In this document: positions 23,601 through 31,662 of the stretch, piece after piece
Layout of the letters: the number at the start of each line of letters is the position of its first letter
Position numbering within the stretch: position 1 is the first letter of the stretch
Source: Bdellovibrionales bacterium
Lineage (GTDB): Bacteria > Bdellovibrionota > Bdellovibrionia > Bdellovibrionales > UBA1609
Assembly: GCA_963692945.1 (NCBI GenBank)
Contig: OY843585.1
Span: 270,001 to 302,000 of the forward strand
DNA: 32,000 nucleotides
Direction of reading: 5' to 3'
Position numbers and translations under genes: made by a program
The notes under the pieces: model-generated
Seen by the model: only the letters and a program-made list of their open reading frames with translations
Database searches by the model: none
What the model was told of the DNA's origin: nothing

Positions 23601-24350
23601 ATGAACTTCAACTTAAAAGTTTGGCGACAAAAATCAAAATCAGAAAAGGGTTTTTTTCAAAACCTTCCTGTAAAAAATATTTCTCCAGACACTTCTTTTT
23701 TAGAAATGTTAGATGCTGTTAATGAAGATCTTATTTTGTCTGGAAAAGAGCCCATTGCTTTTGAGCATGATTGTAGAGAGGGAATTTGTGGAGCTTGTAG
23801 TTTGGTTATAAATGGAGAGGCTCATGGGCCTCAAAAAGCCGTAACAACTTGTCAACTTTATATGAGGCAATTTAAAGATGGAGAAACTCTTTTTATTGAA
23901 CCTTTTCGGGCTAAGCCCTTTCCTATTTTAAAAGATTTAATTGTGGATCGTTCTGCTTTTGATCGCATCCAAAGAGCTGGAGCTTATGTTTCTGTGAATA
24001 CGGGAAGCGCTCCTCCAGCAAACACAATTCCTATTTCTAAAGAAAATGCAGACGAAGCTTTTGCTTCAGCAACTTGTATTGCTTGTGGGGCTTGTGTGGC
24101 AAGCTGTAAAAATGGTTCAGCCAGTTTGTTTGTGGGGGCTAGAATAGCTCAGTTTTCAAAATTACCGCAAGGACAAATAGAACAAGAAAAACGAGCTTTA
24201 AAAATGGTTGCTCAAATGGATAAAGAGGGGTTTGGAGCTTGTTCTCATACAGAGACTTGCTTTGCTTCTTGTCCAAAAGAAATAAGCTTGGAAAACATTG
24301 CTAAAATGAACCTCCTTTGGAGAAAATCTGCAATAAAACAAAAAAAGTAA
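23601..24350 (+). CDS. sdhB: succinate dehydrogenase/fumarate reductase iron-sulfur subunit
   Basis: The 249-aa protein has a 2Fe-2S cluster (CREGICGACS...C) and 4Fe-4S/3Fe-4S clusters (CIACGACVASC ... CSHTETCFASCP). Confidence 0.95.
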   Translation: MNFNLKVWRQKSKSEKGFFQNLPVKNISPDTSFLEMLDAVNEDLILSGKEPIAFEHDCREGICGACSLVINGEAHGPQKAVTTCQLYMRQFKDGETLFIEPFRAKPFPILKDLIVDRSAFDRIQRAGAYVSVNTGSAPPANTIPISKENADEAFASATCIACGACVASCKNGSASLFVGARIAQFSKLPQGQIEQEKRALKMVAQMDKEGFGACSHTETCFASCPKEISLENIAKMNLLWRKSAIKQKK

Positions 24351-24407
24351 AGAAATTCCAAGGTTTTTTCTTGTTTCTTTTGAAGCCTTTGTGTTACTTA
24401 AACCCCC

Positions 24408-24827
24408 ATGGCTACAGAAAACAATTTAAGGTTTTACGAAGAGGTTTTAGTTCTTCATCCTGATTCAACAGAAGAAGAACAAAAAATGGTTTTTGCTTCT
24501 AGTTCAGAAGTTATCAAAGAGCATAAAGGAAAAATCTATCAGGTTGACACTTGGGGGTCTCGCCCTATTGCCAATCAAGGTGTTAAAGGGCTTTCTCGTG
24601 GTTGGTATTTTCATATGATTTTTTCAGCTTCTCCAGAAGCGATTCAAGAATTGAGAAGAAGACTTCGTATCAATAATAAAATGGTTTACTTTCATCATGA
24701 AAAACTTCCTAAAAAAGAAACTCCAGAAGGTCATATAGAAAAATTTAAAAGTCTTTTAGAAAAAACATCTTTAAAAGAAAAAGAAAGGCAAGCTCGTTTG
24801 CAAAAAAAACAAATGGGATCAAGATAA
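24408..24827 (+). CDS. rpsF: 30S ribosomal protein S6 (with C-terminal Lys/Glu-rich extension)
   Basis: The 139-aa protein reads FYEEVLVLHPDSTEEEQKMVF...IYQVDTWGSRPIAN...GWYFHMIFSASPEAIQELRRRLRINNKMV, which is the S6 fold pattern. The last roughly 40 aa are low complexity. Confidence 0.9.
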   Translation: MATENNLRFYEEVLVLHPDSTEEEQKMVFASSSEVIKEHKGKIYQVDTWGSRPIANQGVKGLSRGWYFHMIFSASPEAIQELRRRLRINNKMVYFHHEKLPKKETPEGHIEKFKSLLEKTSLKEKERQARLQKKQMGSR

Positions 24828-25433
24828 ATGAGATTGGTTTTACAAAAAGATGTGAAAAATCTTGGTAAAGCAGGCGATCAAGTTAAAGTTAAAGATGGCT
24901 ATGCCAGAAACTACTTGCTTCCTAAAAAAATGGCTTTGGTTTTTGATGAGAGCCGAATTAAAGATTGGAAACATAAAAAACAAGTTATTGAAGTTAAAAA
25001 AAAGCAAGCTCTTACCGATAGACAACAAATCTTAAAGAAAGTCTCTGCTGTGGAAGTTTGTTTTGAAAAAGAAAGTCGTTCAGAAGGAAAACTTTTTGGC
25101 TCTGTAACAGCCGCTGAAATTTCAAATGCTTTAGAAAAGGAACATAAGATTCTTATAGATAAAAAAGATATAGTGACAGATTCACTCAAAGAGGTGGGGG
25201 AATATCAAATCCCAGTGACACTCGATTCACAAAATAAGACAGAACTCAAAGTGATTGTGAAATCAAAAACTCTTAAAAAAGAAAAGCAAGACTCTAAAAG
25301 AGGTTTTTTTGCTTCTCGCTTTTTTAAGAAAGAAGAAGAAGATTCTAAACCTGAAGTTTCAGAGGAATCTCCTACAGAAAAACCTACTCTTTCCGAAGAA
25401 AAAAAGGATTCACCAGAAAACACTGAAGAATAA
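24828..25433 (+). CDS. rplI: 50S ribosomal protein L9 (with about 50-aa acidic C-terminal tail)
   Basis: The 201-aa protein has the canonical L9 N-domain MRLVLQKDVKNLGKAGDQVKVKDGYARNYLLPKKMALVF. The tail reads KKEEEDSKPEVSEESPTEKPTLSEEKKDSPENTEE. It starts on the nucleotide after the rpsF stop. Confidence 0.92.
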   Translation: MRLVLQKDVKNLGKAGDQVKVKDGYARNYLLPKKMALVFDESRIKDWKHKKQVIEVKKKQALTDRQQILKKVSAVEVCFEKESRSEGKLFGSVTAAEISNALEKEHKILIDKKDIVTDSLKEVGEYQIPVTLDSQNKTELKVIVKSKTLKKEKQDSKRGFFASRFFKKEEEDSKPEVSEESPTEKPTLSEEKKDSPENTEE

Positions 25434-25449
25434 GTTTAAGAACTTAAAC
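25434..25449. terminator. short AT-rich hairpin between convergent rplI and dnaB
   Basis: The sequence gtttaag-aa-cttaaac is a 7-nt inverted repeat whose effective stem is shorter because the loop is tiny. It sits in the 28-nt gap between two convergent stops. It is weak. Confidence 0.3.
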
Positions 25450-25461
25450 TCTATAAAAAAC

Positions 25462-26829
25462 CTAAAACGGAGCTGGAGGCCTATCGGGCAGAGGGCTGTC
25501 TTGGACAGAAGATTCTATATGATCTTCAAAAGTGCTATATTCAGGAAGCCATCTCAGTTGTACAGTCCCTGTGGGGCCATTTCTTTGTTTGTTAATAATA
25601 AGGTCTGCTACGCCATTTTGCTGATGTCCTTCTTCATTATAGTAGTCTTCCCTATAGAGCATCATAATAACATCTGCATCTTGCTCAATAGAGCCTGATT
25701 CTCTTAAGTCAGAAAGAATAGGACGCTTAGTGGCTCGGGATTCTACACCACGGTTTAATTGAGAAAGAGCGATGATAGGAATTTGTAATTCTTTAGCTAA
25801 GGATTTTAAAAGTCGGGAGATTTCAGAAACTTCTCTTTCACGGCTTTCTCTTTTTTCAGGAAGATGCATGAATTGAAGATAGTCAATAATGATTAAATCT
25901 AAACCTTCTTTTGCTTTTAATCTTCTCGTTTTTGCTCTTATTTCATAAGGAGAAAGGGGTGAACTGTCATCAATATATAAGCCTGTATCACTGAGTTTAG
26001 CTGCCGCTGAGATGATTTCACTCCAATGATGATCCCCCACTTGTCCATTTACAAGTTGTGATAAATTGACTCTTGCAAGAGAAGATAACAATCTTATCAA
26101 AACCTGTTCACGAGACATTTCTAAAGAGAAAAAAGCTATTTTTTTCCCACAAAGTGCGTTGTGGAGAGCAAAGTTTAATCCTAACGAGGTTTTCCCCATA
26201 GAAGGACGAGCAGCAAGAATTAAAAGCTCTGAGGGCTGAAATCCAGAAGTTAAATGATCTAAAGCTTGAAAAGAACTAGAAAGACCTGTGACAGAAATTT
26301 TCTTTCTATAGAGGTCTTCCAATTTCTTTAAACCACTTTCTATTAAACTATTCATAGGAACAAGATCGGAGCTAGTTCTTTCTTCACCCAATTTAAAAAC
26401 TTCAGATTCTAAATAATCTAAGAAATGTTCTATTTTCAAATAATCTTCTTTATAAGATTTTTGAATAAAATCTTCGGATTTGTGAATGATTTTTCTCAAG
26501 AGGGATTTTTCTCTAATGATGTGAGCATAGGCCTTGATGTTTACGGTGGAAGTGATTTTTTCTGCAATTTCACCAAGGTAAGCAATCCCACCAACTTGTT
26601 CTAAAATAGAGTCTTCTTTTAGGGAGTTCCCAACTGTCACCAAATCAGAAACTTGTCCTTTTTGGTAAAGCTTTTTAATTTGAGCGAAGATGGTTTTATG
26701 GGCAGGCCGAAAAAAATCGGTTTCGGATAGGAGGGAAATCACATCATCCCAAGCTTCCTCTCCTTCTAAAAGAAGAATACCGAGGAGATTTTGTTCAGCT
26801 TCTAAATTAAAGGGTAAGGATTCTTTCAT
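25462..26829 (-). CDS. dnaB: replicative DNA helicase DnaB
   Basis: The 455-aa protein has an N-terminal domain (PFNLEAEQNLLGILLLEGE), Walker A (LAARPSMGKTSLGLNFA), Walker B (LIIIDYLQFM) and IIALSQLNRGVESR...DLRESGSIEQDADVIMMLYR. Confidence 0.96.
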   Translation of the reverse strand: MKESLPFNLEAEQNLLGILLLEGEEAWDDVISLLSETDFFRPAHKTIFAQIKKLYQKGQVSDLVTVGNSLKEDSILEQVGGIAYLGEIAEKITSTVNIKAYAHIIREKSLLRKIIHKSEDFIQKSYKEDYLKIEHFLDYLESEVFKLGEERTSSDLVPMNSLIESGLKKLEDLYRKKISVTGLSSSFQALDHLTSGFQPSELLILAARPSMGKTSLGLNFALHNALCGKKIAFFSLEMSREQVLIRLLSSLARVNLSQLVNGQVGDHHWSEIISAAAKLSDTGLYIDDSSPLSPYEIRAKTRRLKAKEGLDLIIIDYLQFMHLPEKRESREREVSEISRLLKSLAKELQIPIIALSQLNRGVESRATKRPILSDLRESGSIEQDADVIMMLYREDYYNEEGHQQNGVADLIINKQRNGPTGTVQLRWLPEYSTFEDHIESSVQDSPLPDRPPAPF

Positions 26830-26833
26830 AAAA

Positions 26834-27406
26834 TCATTCAGCAGATAAACTGTTATAGAAAGTTAACTTTTTTTTCAAAGTGTTTCTGCTGATTTTAAGA
26901 AAGAGAGCCGTTTGCAGTTGATTGTCTTTAAAAAAGGAAAGAGAGGACTTTATAATGGCTCGTTTTACTGGCTCACAGATCGTTTTTAAAGGGTTATTTT
27001 GTAACAATCGGTTTTTTAGAGACTTAACCTTTAACCGACTGATTTCTAGTAAATCCAATTGAGTGATTTGGCTGACATAGACTTCTTGTTTGAATGCAGG
27101 TTGTGTGAGGTCTCTCCTAAGCAGGGTTTGAAGGACAATCTCATGGCCATCAATCTTTTTTTTCAAGGTGTTTCTATTGATTTCTAAACATTGGGCTACA
27201 CGGGATTGATTTCCTCGGAATAAATCCAAACAGTTTTCTAAAACAGCTTTTTCAACAGGATTGTAAAAATTTGTAAAAATATCCTTGGTGGGCAACTGGT
27301 TTTTTAGGTAGTAATCTAGTTTTTTTTTAACGATTTCTTCTAAAGAGAAGTCGTGTAAGGAGATAATAAAAAGATTTTCTGTTGTATGTAGCATTTCTTT
27401 TGGCAT
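26834..27406 (-). CDS. tandem Fis-family HTH (HTH_8-like) DNA-binding protein, two Fis-like modules in one chain
   Basis: The 190-aa protein contains two copies of the Fis-type helix-turn-helix: RGNQSRVAQCLEINRNTLKKKI (module 1) and KDNQLQTALFLKISRNTLKKKL (module 2). They are 96 codons apart. Each is preceded by a Fis-like helical segment. The stop lies 4 nt before the dnaB ATG. Confidence 0.7.
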   Translation of the reverse strand: MPKEMLHTTENLFIISLHDFSLEEIVKKKLDYYLKNQLPTKDIFTNFYNPVEKAVLENCLDLFRGNQSRVAQCLEINRNTLKKKIDGHEIVLQTLLRRDLTQPAFKQEVYVSQITQLDLLEISRLKVKSLKNRLLQNNPLKTICEPVKRAIIKSSLSFFKDNQLQTALFLKISRNTLKKKLTFYNSLSAE

Positions 27407-27425
27407 CTTAATTTACCTAATAAGG

Positions 27426-27473
27426 TTTACAAATTATTTAGATAGAAATCAACAAAGACTTTACATTTGTAAA
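27426..27473. promoter_or_regulatory. palindromic operator-like elements in the divergent (fis-like/dnaB)-ftsK control region
   Basis: tttacaaat (27426-27434) is the reverse complement of atttgtaaa within tttacatttgtaaa (27460-27473). The latter is itself a 6-2-6 palindrome (TTTACA tt TGTAAA). A second 6-2-6 palindrome, aaaacaaatgtttt, lies at 27509-27522. Confidence 0.25.
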
Positions 27474-27614
27474 AAAGATGTGGAAAAAGAGAGAAAAAGA
27501 AGATGTTTAAAACAAATGTTTTTATCTTCTTGACCAAATCTATTCAGCTTTGTTAAAGCCACATAACTAAAAACAAGACTTTTTATTTCCAGAATACTTC
27601 TATAAAATAAGAAT

Positions 27615-29999
27615 ATGAAATGGCATCAAGCACGAAGACAACAGGAAAAATGGAGCCATTTTAAGGGTGGGATAACTTTAAGTGGAAGTCTTTTTTTAGC
27701 ACTTAGTTTTTTAAGTTATTCTCCTCAAGACCCTTCTTTTAATTCTTTTGGTCTTTCTTTAAAAGTTTCCAATTACTGTGGTTATGTTGGGGCTTTCTTA
27801 TCCGATTTCTTTTTTCAGATTTTTGGACTAGCCAGTTGGCTGTTTGTGCCCGCAGGGATACTTCTTTCTTTTACATTCTTTCAAAAAACCTCTCAAGCTA
27901 GAATCTTTCAAAAGGTATCTCTCTTTTTTCTTTTTTTAACATCCCTTTCTTGCTTATTGAATCTTTATTTTCCAAAGACAACTTTTTATGAAGACACGGT
28001 AAGTTTTGGTGGAGCTTTTGCTGTTATTATTCTTAAAGGCTTGATGCCTTTTTTTCACACTATGGGGGTAGGTCTTGTTTTATGGTCTGTTGTGATTCTA
28101 AGTTTTTTGCTTTATGGGCAGGCTTCTTTCTTTCAGTTTCTCTCGTTCCTACAAAAATTGTTATTAAAAGCTGGGAGTCTTTTTTTATTGGTTTTGAGAA
28201 CCAGCGGATCTTTTTTATCTCATCAGACAAAAACTCTTCTTGAAAAGGACTGGAACTTTTTATTTAAAAAAATAGAACAATTTGTTTTAAAGATCAAAAA
28301 ACCTACAAAACAAAAACCTCAGTTGGTGAAAACTCCTCCCATAGAAAAGACAAATTCAACCGATAAAAAGAAAATAGAGTTTTCTTTTCCCTACCAAAAC
28401 AACCCTGCAGGGTTAAAAGAAGAAAAGCCTTTACCAACAGGTCGTAGTGAAGAAACAAAAGAGAAAGTTCCTATTTCCCTTTACACAGAAGAAAAAACTC
28501 AAACGGCAAAACACAAAACAAAACCTTTTACACTTAAAGATAGGCCGGCTTTAGATCTTTTAGCAGAGCCACCTCAGGTCTCTCAAAAAATGAGTCGAGA
28601 GGAGGTTGAAATTTTAGCGAAAAAACTAACGGATAAGTTAGGACAGTTTTCAATTCACGGAAAAATCACTGCGATCAAAGCTGGACCTGCCGTTATTATG
28701 TTTGAGTTTAAACCTCAAGAGGATGTTAAAGTGAGTCGGATTAAAGAAATGGCTACGGATTTAAGCTTGGCTTTAAGTAGTGAATCCGTTCGTATCATTG
28801 CTCCTATTCCGGGTCGTGATGTTGTTGGAATAGAAGCTTCCAGCCCGTATAGAGAAAAAGTCTATTTGAAAAACATGTTAAAAGAAGAAAGTTTTTTACA
28901 AGCTTCCTTGCCTTTAGTTTTAGGGCGAAGATCAGACAATGCCATTTGCATTAGAGACCTTGCAAAAATTCCACATCTTCTTATTGCTGGAACAACAGGT
29001 TCTGGAAAATCTGTTTTTGTTATTAGTTTTATTACAAGTCTTTTATTTCGGCACACTCCAAACACATTGAGACTTCTTTTAGTTGACCCTAAGCAAGTTG
29101 ATCTTTCTGCTTTCAATGAGGTGCCTCATTTACTCTCTCCTATTATCACTTCTGCTTCTCAAGTTATAAAATCTTTAAATTGGGCTATTGCAGAGATGGA
29201 AAAACGATACCGCTCCCTTTCTTATTTTGGAGTTCGTGACATAGGGTCTTTTAACAAGTTGGTAGAAAAAATGAGTGCAAAAGAAAAAAAAGAACATCAG
29301 ATAAAAAACGAATCTTGTCTTCCTTTGCAAAGTTATTATTTTGAATCTCTTCCTTTTATTTGTATTGCTATAGAAGAGTTTGGAGACCTTATGGTTGACA
29401 TGCAATACAGAAAAGGGATTGAACATTCTGTTGTTCGTTTAGCTCAAAAGGCGAGAGCCAGTGGGATTCATTTGGTTTTAGCGATGCAAAGTCCTCGTAA
29501 AGATGTTGTTACAGGATTAATTAAAACAAATATTCCGGGACGAATAAGTTTTAAAGTGGCCAGCGGAACAGACTCAAGAGTGATTTTAGATGAAGTTGGA
29601 GCCGAACGACTTCTCTCTCATGGGGATATGCTTTTTCTAGAACCAGGAACGTCTAAACCTCTTCGCTACCATGGTCCTTTCGTCAGTGAAAAAGAAGTTT
29701 CTAGAGTTGTTGCCCATTGGAAAGCACAATCTCTTGTAGAGTATGAAGAAGTCTTTAAGGCAAAATCTAAAGAATCCTCCCTGCAAGACTTAACTTCTTT
29801 TGGAGATGTAGAAGCGGATACTATGTATGAAGAGATTTTGCATTTTGTTCAATCTTGTGAGTCTGTGAGTGCTTCCTTACTGCAAAGAAAATTTCGTATA
29901 GGTTATCCAAGAGCCGCTCGTTTGATAGAGGTTCTTTTTGATGAAGGAGTTGTAGGGCCTTCTAAAGGAAGTAAGCCTAGAGAAGTTTTAATTAAGTAA
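27615..29999 (+). CDS. ftsK: DNA translocase FtsK
   Basis: The 794-aa protein has N-terminal TM helices and a Lys/Pro-rich linker. Its motor domain has Walker A (IAGTTGSGKSVFV) and Walker B (ICIAIEEFGDLM). It also has a C-terminal gamma winged-helix (SASLLQRKFRIGYPRAARLIEVLFDEGVVGP). Confidence 0.95.
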   Translation: MKWHQARRQQEKWSHFKGGITLSGSLFLALSFLSYSPQDPSFNSFGLSLKVSNYCGYVGAFLSDFFFQIFGLASWLFVPAGILLSFTFFQKTSQARIFQKVSLFFLFLTSLSCLLNLYFPKTTFYEDTVSFGGAFAVIILKGLMPFFHTMGVGLVLWSVVILSFLLYGQASFFQFLSFLQKLLLKAGSLFLLVLRTSGSFLSHQTKTLLEKDWNFLFKKIEQFVLKIKKPTKQKPQLVKTPPIEKTNSTDKKKIEFSFPYQNNPAGLKEEKPLPTGRSEETKEKVPISLYTEEKTQTAKHKTKPFTLKDRPALDLLAEPPQVSQKMSREEVEILAKKLTDKLGQFSIHGKITAIKAGPAVIMFEFKPQEDVKVSRIKEMATDLSLALSSESVRIIAPIPGRDVVGIEASSPYREKVYLKNMLKEESFLQASLPLVLGRRSDNAICIRDLAKIPHLLIAGTTGSGKSVFVISFITSLLFRHTPNTLRLLLVDPKQVDLSAFNEVPHLLSPIITSASQVIKSLNWAIAEMEKRYRSLSYFGVRDIGSFNKLVEKMSAKEKKEHQIKNESCLPLQSYYFESLPFICIAIEEFGDLMVDMQYRKGIEHSVVRLAQKARASGIHLVLAMQSPRKDVVTGLIKTNIPGRISFKVASGTDSRVILDEVGAERLLSHGDMLFLEPGTSKPLRYHGPFVSEKEVSRVVAHWKAQSLVEYEEVFKAKSKESSLQDLTSFGDVEADTMYEEILHFVQSCESVSASLLQRKFRIGYPRAARLIEVLFDEGVVGPSKGSKPREVLIK

Positions 30000-30054
30000 A
30001 AAAACCACCTAAAAACACCTTAACCTTTTCTTGAATTGATGATAAAAAAACTTA

Positions 30055-30945
30055 ATGGATTTTTCAGGAGTAACAACCGCTTTAGTAACACCTTTTTCAC
30101 AAGGAGATGTAGATCAGAAATCTTTTTTAACTCTTTTAGAATCTCAAGTTCAACAAGGTGTAACAAAATTTGTTCTTAATGGAACAACAGGAGAAAGCCC
30201 TACTTTAGAAGAATCAGAAGTAGAGACACTTTGTCTTTGGTTCAAAAAATTTCAACAGCAACAAAAATTAAATTTAAAATTGATTTTAGGGACAGGAACT
30301 TTTTCCACTCGTGCCACATTACAAAAAACAAAAAAAGCAGAATCTTTTGGTGCTGATGCCAGTCTTGTTGTGACTCCTTATTATAATAAGCCCTCTCAAG
30401 AGGGACTTTTTGAACATTTTTGTCTTGTGGCTGAAGCGACAAACCTTCCGTTGCTTCTTTACAATGTCCCTTCTCGTACATCTTCTTCTTTAAGCCTTGA
30501 AACCCTGCAAAAACTTTCTGTTATTTCTAATATTATAGGAGTGAAAGAGGCTTCAGGAGATAAGGAATTTTTAAAAAAGATTAAAGAGGTCTGCGGAAAA
30601 GATTTTTTATGTTTAAGTGGAGATGATTTTACAGCGATAGAGAGTTTTTTTCTTGGAGGAGATGGGGTTGTCTCTGTTGCCTCTCATGTTCTAGGGAGAG
30701 AATTTGTTTCTTGGTTTAAAAGGTCTTTAAATCAAGATAAAACAGTTTTGGATGAATTCAAAAAGTATCTACCTTTTTTAAAACATCTTTACCAGCAAAC
30801 AAATCCTGTGGGGATAAAACAAATTTTAAAACAACAAAATTTAATTTCTTCTGCAGAATTAAGGCTTCCCTTAAAAGAACCAAAGGAAAAAGATTCTTTA
30901 TTACAAAAAATCTTTTGTGATTTACAAAAGGATACAGGGTCATGA
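30055..30945 (+). CDS. dapA: 4-hydroxy-tetrahydrodipicolinate synthase
   Basis: The 296-aa protein has GVTTALVTPF, LNGTTGESPTL, VVTPYYNKPSQEGL, LLLYNVPSRT and IIGVKEASGD (active-site Lys). These are DapA signatures. Confidence 0.93.
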   Translation: MDFSGVTTALVTPFSQGDVDQKSFLTLLESQVQQGVTKFVLNGTTGESPTLEESEVETLCLWFKKFQQQQKLNLKLILGTGTFSTRATLQKTKKAESFGADASLVVTPYYNKPSQEGLFEHFCLVAEATNLPLLLYNVPSRTSSSLSLETLQKLSVISNIIGVKEASGDKEFLKKIKEVCGKDFLCLSGDDFTAIESFFLGGDGVVSVASHVLGREFVSWFKRSLNQDKTVLDEFKKYLPFLKHLYQQTNPVGIKQILKQQNLISSAELRLPLKEPKEKDSLLQKIFCDLQKDTGS

Positions 30946-31610
30946 AAAAAATAAGAATTGCATTAAGTGGCGATAGAGGACGTATGGGCAAGTCTTTAAA
31001 ACGGCTTTTAAAAAAAGACCCTTGCAAAGAAGTGGTTGCTGGAGCCAATAGAAGCCGCTCTCTAGAGCTTTGGGATGCGAAAAAAATAGATGCTGTTATT
31101 GATTTCTCTCTTCCTTCTTTATTTTCAAAATCTCTTCTATGGTGTGTTCAAAATAAGAAACCCTTTGTTAGTGGGACAACGGGATTGAGCTCTAAGCAAA
31201 AGAATCTATTGAAATCTTCTTCCAAAAAAATTCCTGTTTTTTATTCTGAAAATATGGGTTGGGGGATTTTTCTTCTCACAAAATACATAAGTCAGCTTTC
31301 AGGAAATAAAATTTCCATTCTGTTAGAGGACAGGCATCATAAAGAAAAAAAAGACAAACCAAGTGGAACGGCGTTAAGATTGAAAGAACATTTTCCTCCT
31401 TCTTTAAAGAAAAAAGTCAGAATTAAAAGTTATAGACAAGGTTCTGATTTTGGAACGCATAGAATTTACTTAAAAACACCAGAAGAAACTCTTTTATTGG
31501 AACACAAGGCTCTTTCTAGAGATGTCTTTTCTAAAGGAGCTATTAAAGCTTTAGAGTGTATTTTTAAAAAATCAAAAGGATTGTATTCTACAACAGATAT
31601 TTATAGGTAA
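30942..31610 (+). CDS. dapB: 4-hydroxy-tetrahydrodipicolinate reductase (compact 222-aa form)
   Basis: It has a nucleotide-binding start (IRIALSGDRGRMGKSL), VIDFSLP, VSGTTGL and the catalytic signature EDRHHKEKKDKPSGTAL (E-x-HH-x-x-K-x-D-x-PSGTA). There is an ATGA overlap with dapA. Confidence 0.85.
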   Translation: MKKIRIALSGDRGRMGKSLKRLLKKDPCKEVVAGANRSRSLELWDAKKIDAVIDFSLPSLFSKSLLWCVQNKKPFVSGTTGLSSKQKNLLKSSSKKIPVFYSENMGWGIFLLTKYISQLSGNKISILLEDRHHKEKKDKPSGTALRLKEHFPPSLKKKVRIKSYRQGSDFGTHRIYLKTPEETLLLEHKALSRDVFSKGAIKALECIFKKSKGLYSTTDIYR

Positions 31611-31662
31611 ACCAGACTTCTTTAACTTGCCTTTTTTATCAAAAACTTTTAAAACAACAGAG

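Noticed and set aside
25309-25698. 129-aa plus-strand ORF spanning the rplI 3' end and the dnaB 3' end
   Set aside because: It is out of frame within the rplI tail and then antisense to dnaB. It crosses the convergent intergenic hairpin and has a low-complexity Lys/Leu-rich sequence. It is spurious.
30000-30054. Lysine riboswitch or attenuator upstream of dapA
   Set aside because: The gap is only 55 nt, far shorter than an L-box (about 180 nt), and shows no conserved stem architecture.
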